Part shown: positions 34,552-39,588 of the stretch, piece after piece
Numbering within the stretch: position 1 is the first letter of the stretch
How the letters are laid out: the number at the start of each line of letters is the position of its first letter
Source of the DNA: Nemertoderma westbladi
Taxonomy: Eukaryota > Animalia > Xenacoelomorpha
Assembly (NCBI GenBank): GCA_032718475.1
Contig: JAUCBJ010003445.1
Span: 1-39,588, forward strand
Direction: 5' to 3'
Length of the DNA: 39,588 nucleotides
Notes under the pieces: model-generated
What the model was told of the DNA's origin: nothing
What the model saw: the letters and a program-made list of their open reading frames with translations, nothing else
The model's database searches: none
Program-made: the position numbers and the translations under genes

Positions 34552-37377
34552 TCACAATCCTATATTATTTTTATTGGTGACAGATTGGTTTCTTTCTAAC
34601 TCACTAGGTTTGTTATGCGACAAACATTTACCAAACTCCAATTGTTTGTTAAAGGTGACCGGTGCATATTGGTTATTTTCTGTGCATGTCTGGTTGGATA
34701 AAAGAGGGGTTAAACTTTGGTTATTTTCTGTGCTGTCCTGGTTGGATAATGTAGGTAAACTTTGGTTATTTTCTGTGCTGTCCTGGTTGGATAATGTAGG
34801 TAAACTTTGGTTATTTTCTGTGCTGTCCTGGTTGGATAATGTAGGTAAACTTTGGTTATTTTCTGTGCTGTCCTGGTTGGATAATGTAGGTAAACTTTGG
34901 TTATTTTCTGTGCTGTCCTGGTTAGATAAAGTAGTTGTTAAACTTTGGTTACTTTCTATGCTGTCCTGGTTGGATAATGTAGGTAAACTTTGGTTATTTT
35001 CTGTGCTGTCCTGGTTGGATAATGTAGGTAAACTTTGGTTATTTTCTGTGCTGTCCTGGTTGGATAAAGTAGTTGTTAAACTTTGGTTATTTTCCGTGCT
35101 GTCCTTGTTGGATAAAGTAGTTCTTAAACATTGATTATTTTCTTTACAGTCCTGATTAGATAAAGTAGTTGTTAAACTTTGGTTATTTTCTGTACAGTCC
35201 TGGTTTGATAAAGTTGGGGTTAAACTTTGGTTATTTTCTGTGCAGTCCTGGTTTGATAAAGTAGGGGTTAAACTGTTGTTATTTTCTGTGCCGGCCTGCT
35301 GTGATAAAGTAGGGGTTGTTAAACCCCTACTTGATGAATTAGTTGTTAAACTTTGGTTATTTTCTGTGCAGTTATGGTTATTAGATAAATTAGGGGTTAA
35401 ACTTTGGTTATTTTCTGTGCACTCCTGGTTGGATAAAGTAGATGTTAAACTTTGGTTATTTTCTGTTCTGTCCTGGTTGGATAATGTAGGTAAACTTTGG
35501 TTATTTTCTGTGCACTCCTGGTTTGATAAAGTTGTTGTTAAACTTTGGTTATTTTCTGTGCTGTCCTGGTTTGATAAAGTAAGTGTTAAACTTTGGTTAT
35601 TTTCTGTACAGTCCCGGTTAGATAAAGTAGTTGTTAAACTTTGGTTATTTTCTGTGCTGTCCTGGTTGGATAATGTAGGTAAACTTTGGTTATTATCTGT
35701 GCTGTCCTGGTTGGATAAAGTAGTTGTTAAACTTTGGTTATTTTCTGTGCTGTCCTGGTTTGATAAAGTAAGTGTTAAACTTTGGTTATTTTCTGTACAG
35801 TCCCGGTTAGATAAAGTAGTTGTTAAACTTTGGTTATTTTCTGTGCTGTCCTGGTTGGATAATGTAGGTAAACTTTGGTTATTATCTGTGCTGTCCTGGT
35901 TGGATAAAGTAGTTGTTAAACTTTGGTTATTTTCTGTGCTGTCCTGGTTTGATAAAGTAGTTGTTAAACTTTGGTTATTTTCTGTGCTGTCCTGGTTGGA
36001 TAATGTAGGTAAACTTTGGTTATTATCTGTGCTGTCCTGGTTTGATAAAGTAGGGGTTAAACTTTGGTTAATCTTTTCATTCATGGACACCAGTTTCAAT
36101 GAATGATCCTTTCGCCAGTAACCATCATCCTGTTTTATGAACCTCCATATCTTACCATCGGAACGGACTCTATAACCTATAGTTTCCTCCTCTCCTTTTT
36201 CTTTAATATCTTTGTTCAAGCGACTCACTAATTTCCACTGTGAGCGCCTATATATATGTCGTTTACACCTTTTCCTTGCATATCGGTCTTTCTTCTCCTT
36301 ACCTATAGACTTGAAAGGTGTAAATGTCATTTCAGGACAATCCGATTGACATTTACCAAACTCGGATTGTTTGTTAGAGGTAGCCGGTGCATATTGGTAA
36401 TTTTCTATGCAGTCCAGGTTGGATAAAATAGGAGGTAAACTTTTAATATTTTCCTCCCAATGCGCAACCTCTTTGATAAATATATGAGTTAATAGAAGCT
36501 GAGTCATAAACCTAACAGCTCCGGGTTGCCAATGAACACCATCTTTTTTTTGGCCAGCACTGTGAAATAGCTGCATCGCACTGTTGATATCGAAATAGCT
36601 GCGATTGTAATGTCTAACCGCAAACCCCGCATATGAGTTGGCAAGAATAATGCTAAAATTAATCGCAGTTTGTCGCTCGCTATTTTCGGGTGGAGTTTCT
36701 ATGAAACCAAAACTATCCACTGAAATGGGAAACCCATTGCTCCATATAAACAATGTTGCAGGTGGGAGAATTGTATTCAATTTAAGTAAGAGTTTATTGA
36801 GGTTGCTTCTAAAACTTTTAATACAATCATTGTATTCTCCATAGCAACTAATATCCCATAATGTTGAACTCATGACGACCACATCGGGATGTTTTTCTTT
36901 GAGATATTCTAGAACACAGTTTTCCAAGTAGTTGTTATAACAACGGGTTATATAGAAGAACCTAATATGTGTCTCGAACTGGTTTAAATTGTCCCGAACT
37001 TCCCTATAATTAGTTCCACCTGATGTTCGTCCCCCACCATCAAGCAGAACATCACCCATGAATGATGATTCTTCCACTTTCACACTGCCCTCCACAACAG
37101 TCATCAGCCTGCCGCTGTCAAGAAGAACAAGAAGATCCTTGTAAGTGAGTAGCATATATAAGTCTCCAATCAGTACAATATGCTTCCTATGAAGTAAATC
37201 TTTCACCTCATGGTTGGGTGAAGGAGGTCTGATAGTTTGGTTATCGATTACCCATGACTGGTTTCGAGGTTCTAGGATTGAATAATTATTATTACCAATG
37301 TTAGAATGGTTTGGAAACCTGTGTTCAAATGTTGGCTTACTGATAATAGATTGGGAATTGTATGTGTAAAGTTTGGG
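34552..37377 (-). CDS. Second PC-esterase/SGNH-like domain (GDL, predicted inactive) plus Trp/basic module plus repeat stalk; the frame is open from 37377 but has no ATG before the domain
   Basis: EVKDLLHRKHIVLIGDLYM...YKDL...YREVR...IRFFYITRCY...PDVVVMSSTLWDI...DGVHW is colinear with the upstream domain. Confidence 0.75.
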   Translation of the reverse strand, partial: PKLYTYNSQSIISKPTFEHRFPNHSNIGNNNYSILEPRNQSWVIDNQTIRPPSPNHEVKDLLHRKHIVLIGDLYMLLTYKDLLVLLDSGRLMTVVEGSVKVEESSFMGDVLLDGGGRTSGGTNYREVRDNLNQFETHIRFFYITRCYNNYLENCVLEYLKEKHPDVVVMSSTLWDISCYGEYNDCIKSFRSNLNKLLLKLNTILPPATLFIWSNGFPISVDSFGFIETPPENSERQTAINFSIILANSYAGFAVRHYNRSYFDINSAMQLFHSAGQKKDGVHWQPGAVRFMTQLLLTHIFIKEVAHWEENIKSLPPILSNLDCIENYQYAPATSNKQSEFGKCQSDCPEMTFTPFKSIGKEKKDRYARKRCKRHIYRRSQWKLVSRLNKDIKEKGEEETIGYRVRSDGKIWRFIKQDDGYWRKDHSLKLVSMNEKINQSLTPTLSNQDSTDNNQSLPTLSNQDSTENNQSLTTTLSNQDSTENNQSLTTTLSNQDSTDNNQSLPTLSNQDSTENNQSLTTTLSNRDCTENNQSLTLTLSNQDSTENNQSLTTTLSNQDSTDNNQSLPTLSNQDSTENNQSLTTTLSNRDCTENNQSLTLTLSNQDSTENNQSLTTTLSNQECTENNQSLPTLSNQDRTENNQSLTSTLSNQECTENNQSLTPNLSNNHNCTENNQSLTTNSSSRGLTTPTLSQQAGTENNNSLTPTLSNQDCTENNQSLTPTLSNQDCTENNQSLTTTLSNQDCKENNQCLRTTLSNKDSTENNQSLTTTLSNQDSTENNQSLPTLSNQDSTENNQSLPTLSNQDSIESNQSLTTTLSNQDSTENNQSLPTLSNQDSTENNQSLPTLSNQDSTENNQSLPTLSNQDSTENNQSLPTLSNQDSTENNQSLTPLLSNQTCTENNQYAPVTFNKQLEFGKCLSHNKPSELERNQSVTNKNNIGL
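34670..36070. repeat. 45/48-bp coding tandem repeat block (about 30 units)
   Basis: Same unit as 33565-34200; the frame stays open throughout on the minus strand. Confidence 0.95.
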
Positions 37378-38873
37378 TTATTACCTGCATAATATTTGTT
37401 TGGAACATGATGACTTAAACTGGAGTTATCACCAGCCCAAAATTGGTTGGGAATGGGATGACTTGAACTGGAGCTATCACCAGCCCAAAATTGGTTGGGA
37501 ATGGGATGACCTGAACTGGAGCTATCACCAGCCCAAAATTGGTTGGGAATGGGATGACCTGAACTTGAGCTATCACCAGCCCAAAATTGGTTGGGAATGG
37601 GATGACTTGAACTGGAGCTATCACCAGACCAAAATTGGTTGGGAATGGGATGACTTGAACTGGAGCTATCACCAGCCCAAAATTGATTGGAAATGGGATG
37701 TGTAAAAGTTGGGTTATTACAAACCCAAGACTGGTTTGGAAAGCTGGGTTCAAATGTCTTTCCAACACGTAATAGATTGGGAATTGTAGGTGCCAATGTT
37801 TGACTATTATTAATTGTAGGTCCAAGAATCTGAATATTACCAGTACTAGATAGGCTGGGAACAGTAGGTTCTATCACTGGATAATTGCCACTCCATGATT
37901 GTTTGGAAATAATGCTATGCTCAACAGTTGGATTATTATTAACCCAATATTGGTTGGGCACGCTATGCCTAAAATTTGAGTAGTCACCAGCCCAAATGTG
38001 GTTGGAAATGGGACGTCTAAAATATGGGTTATTAACATCACAATGTGGGTTGACTCTATAGTGTGTAAGACTTTGCTGGTAATTTCCCAGCCAATGATCA
38101 GCCTCTTTGATAAATATATGAGTCAAAAGAAGCTGAGTCATAAACCGAACTGCTCCAGGTTGCCAATGAACGCCATCTTTTGTGTGGTCTGTATTGTTAT
38201 ATAGCTCCATCACACTGTTGATATCGAAATAGCTGCGATTGCAATATCTCATCCTTATTTTCGCATTTTCGTTTGCTGCTTGAATATACATACAAATAAT
38301 ACTCGGGTTTAATTTTGTGAGGCCTTGTGTTTCTAGGAACCCACCATAGGCGTTTTCTGTAATAGGCAATCCATTGCTCCATATAAATAATGTTTTTCGA
38401 GTGAGAATTGTATTCAATTTAGATAAAAGTTTAATGAGGTTTTCTATAAACAGTTGAAGGCGTTTGGAATCTCCATAGCGACCAATATCCCATAATGTTG
38501 AACTCATGACAACTGCATCTGGATGTTCTACTTTGATGTATTCTAGAACAGTGTTTTCCATGTAGTTGTTATAACAACGTGTTGTAAAGAAGAATCTGAT
38601 CTGGGTCGCGAGCTGATTTATTTTGTGTCGAACCTCTTTGTAACTTATTCCGTTTGCCATTTCCCCCAATGTCCCACCATCAAGCAGGATATCACCCATG
38701 AATGAGGATTCTCCTTTAACTTTTCCCTCTTCAATACTCATCATCCGATCGCTGTCAAGAAAAACAAGAAGATCTTTGTAAGTGTGTCTCAGACATGAGT
38801 CTCCAATAAGTACAATTTGTTTCCTATGGAGCAGGTGTTTGACCTCATCTGATTGAAATATGTATGGTTGCAT
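37272..38873 (-). CDS. PCED1A: PC-esterase domain-containing protein 1-like (FAM113/PCED1 family SGNH hydrolase fold), intronless domain followed by 16-aa repeats
   Basis: LLHRKQIVLIGDSCLRHTYKDL...KGESSF...NGISYKEVR...IRFFFTTRCY...PDAVVMSSTLWDIGRYG...DGVHW matches PCED1A/B motifs; ATG start at 38873. Orthology to A versus B cannot be resolved. Confidence 0.88.
   Translation of the reverse strand: MQPYIFQSDEVKHLLHRKQIVLIGDSCLRHTYKDLLVFLDSDRMMSIEEGKVKGESSFMGDILLDGGTLGEMANGISYKEVRHKINQLATQIRFFFTTRCYNNYMENTVLEYIKVEHPDAVVMSSTLWDIGRYGDSKRLQLFIENLIKLLSKLNTILTRKTLFIWSNGLPITENAYGGFLETQGLTKLNPSIICMYIQAANENAKIRMRYCNRSYFDINSVMELYNNTDHTKDGVHWQPGAVRFMTQLLLTHIFIKEADHWLGNYQQSLTHYRVNPHCDVNNPYFRRPISNHIWAGDYSNFRHSVPNQYWVNNNPTVEHSIISKQSWSGNYPVIEPTVPSLSSTGNIQILGPTINNSQTLAPTIPNLLRVGKTFEPSFPNQSWVCNNPTFTHPISNQFWAGDSSSSSHPIPNQFWSGDSSSSSHPIPNQFWAGDSSSSGHPIPNQFWAGDSSSSGHPIPNQFWAGDSSSSSHPIPNQFWAGDNSSLSHHVPNKYYAGNNPNFTHTIPNLLSVSQHLNTGFQTILTLVIIIIQS
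37410..37700. repeat. 48-bp coding tandem repeat (SHPIPNQFWAGDSSSS), about 6 copies
   Basis: Unit gagctatcaccagcccaaaattggttgggaatgggatgacttgaactg. Confidence 0.95.
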
Positions 38874-39588
38874 CGTTATAATGTTAAATATACAAAAATA
38901 AGAATGGTTAACTACATACTCTACATTAATTTTACTTGTTTATTTGATAAAACTACTTAAAAATTAAAATATAATTATTATTCTTAATTGTAACTTTTTC
39001 GCTCGAATATTCCTCGAAATTGGGAGAAAGAGAGTATTTTTTTATTTATTTATTTTATCTCAACCCTTTATAATAACTCTATGAAAGATTGGTTTAAATG
39101 GGGGTACATTATTCTACCCTACAGTATTGTGTAATTTGGAGGCAAATTTGATTCTAGACAGCATGATGTAGACGGCTATTGTATTACTTCTGTTGAACGT
39201 ATTGTTGTACTTCGTGTGTACTTGGCTGTTCAAAATATTACTGTAATTAATGTCCGGTAATAAAAAAGATACCAATCAATCGTGTGGTTGACTGAAGGAG
39301 GAGAGACCAACAATGGCACTCCCTAATGTGGCCACCTAGAGGCATCCTTAATGTAAAACCCGGTGCGCTATTTTCAGTGAAATGGCGTGGCGCTTGACAT
39401 CATGGAAGAGTTTTAGATTGTCTGCCAGACCCACTGGCATCAATTTGAGAATCTTGCAACGGCAATGCAACAAGCAATATTGCCAAATGATGAACACTTT
39501 AGTTTATCTAGAAGTATTAGTGACTCCAGCGAAAATTCAATTTTTGAAGGATTTGTAAATGGAGATGAGCAACTGATCCTGTGTGAAG

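Noticed and set aside
34552-34554. Selenocysteine or programmed read-through at the in-frame TGA
   Set aside because: Not aligned to a Cys in the paralogous copies, context TGA-ATT is not a typical leaky motif, and no SECIS was recognised; mutation or splicing is simpler.
33689-36106. Plus-strand ORFs rich in KLWLFSVLSWLD
   Set aside because: Antisense shadows of the minus-strand coding repeats.

Overview
Repeat-rich eukaryotic (metazoan, probably invertebrate) genomic window; nothing prokaryotic. It holds two intact, intron-poor host genes on the + strand: API5 (10300-12035, one 146-bp intron) and an Hsp110/HSPA4-family chaperone (22204-27660, one 2.9-kb intron). On the - strand (about 33.0-38.9 kb) is an unusual PCED1/FAM113-like locus. 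It has two tandem SGNH/PC-esterase domains (the second has GDS changed to GDL), 16-residue repeat spacers, and three copies of an unrecognised ~60-aa Trp/basic module. The locus is interrupted by a frameshift, in-frame stops and a 14-bp array; several of these lesions sit within candidate GT-AG introns, and an orphan terminal exon at 30181-30380 is phase-compatible. The rest is mobile DNA: a decayed BEL/Pao gag-protease with no pol in view, a full-length Mutator element (9-bp TSD, dead transposase), a 3.6-kb TIR element carrying a 2.4-kb 24-bp minisatellite, a deleted hAT nested in another inverted-repeat element just 3' of Hsp110, several MITEs, a LINE RT fragment, a tRNA/Deu-type SINE and many long poly-G/C tracts. 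All family calls come from motif recognition by eye, not database searches.
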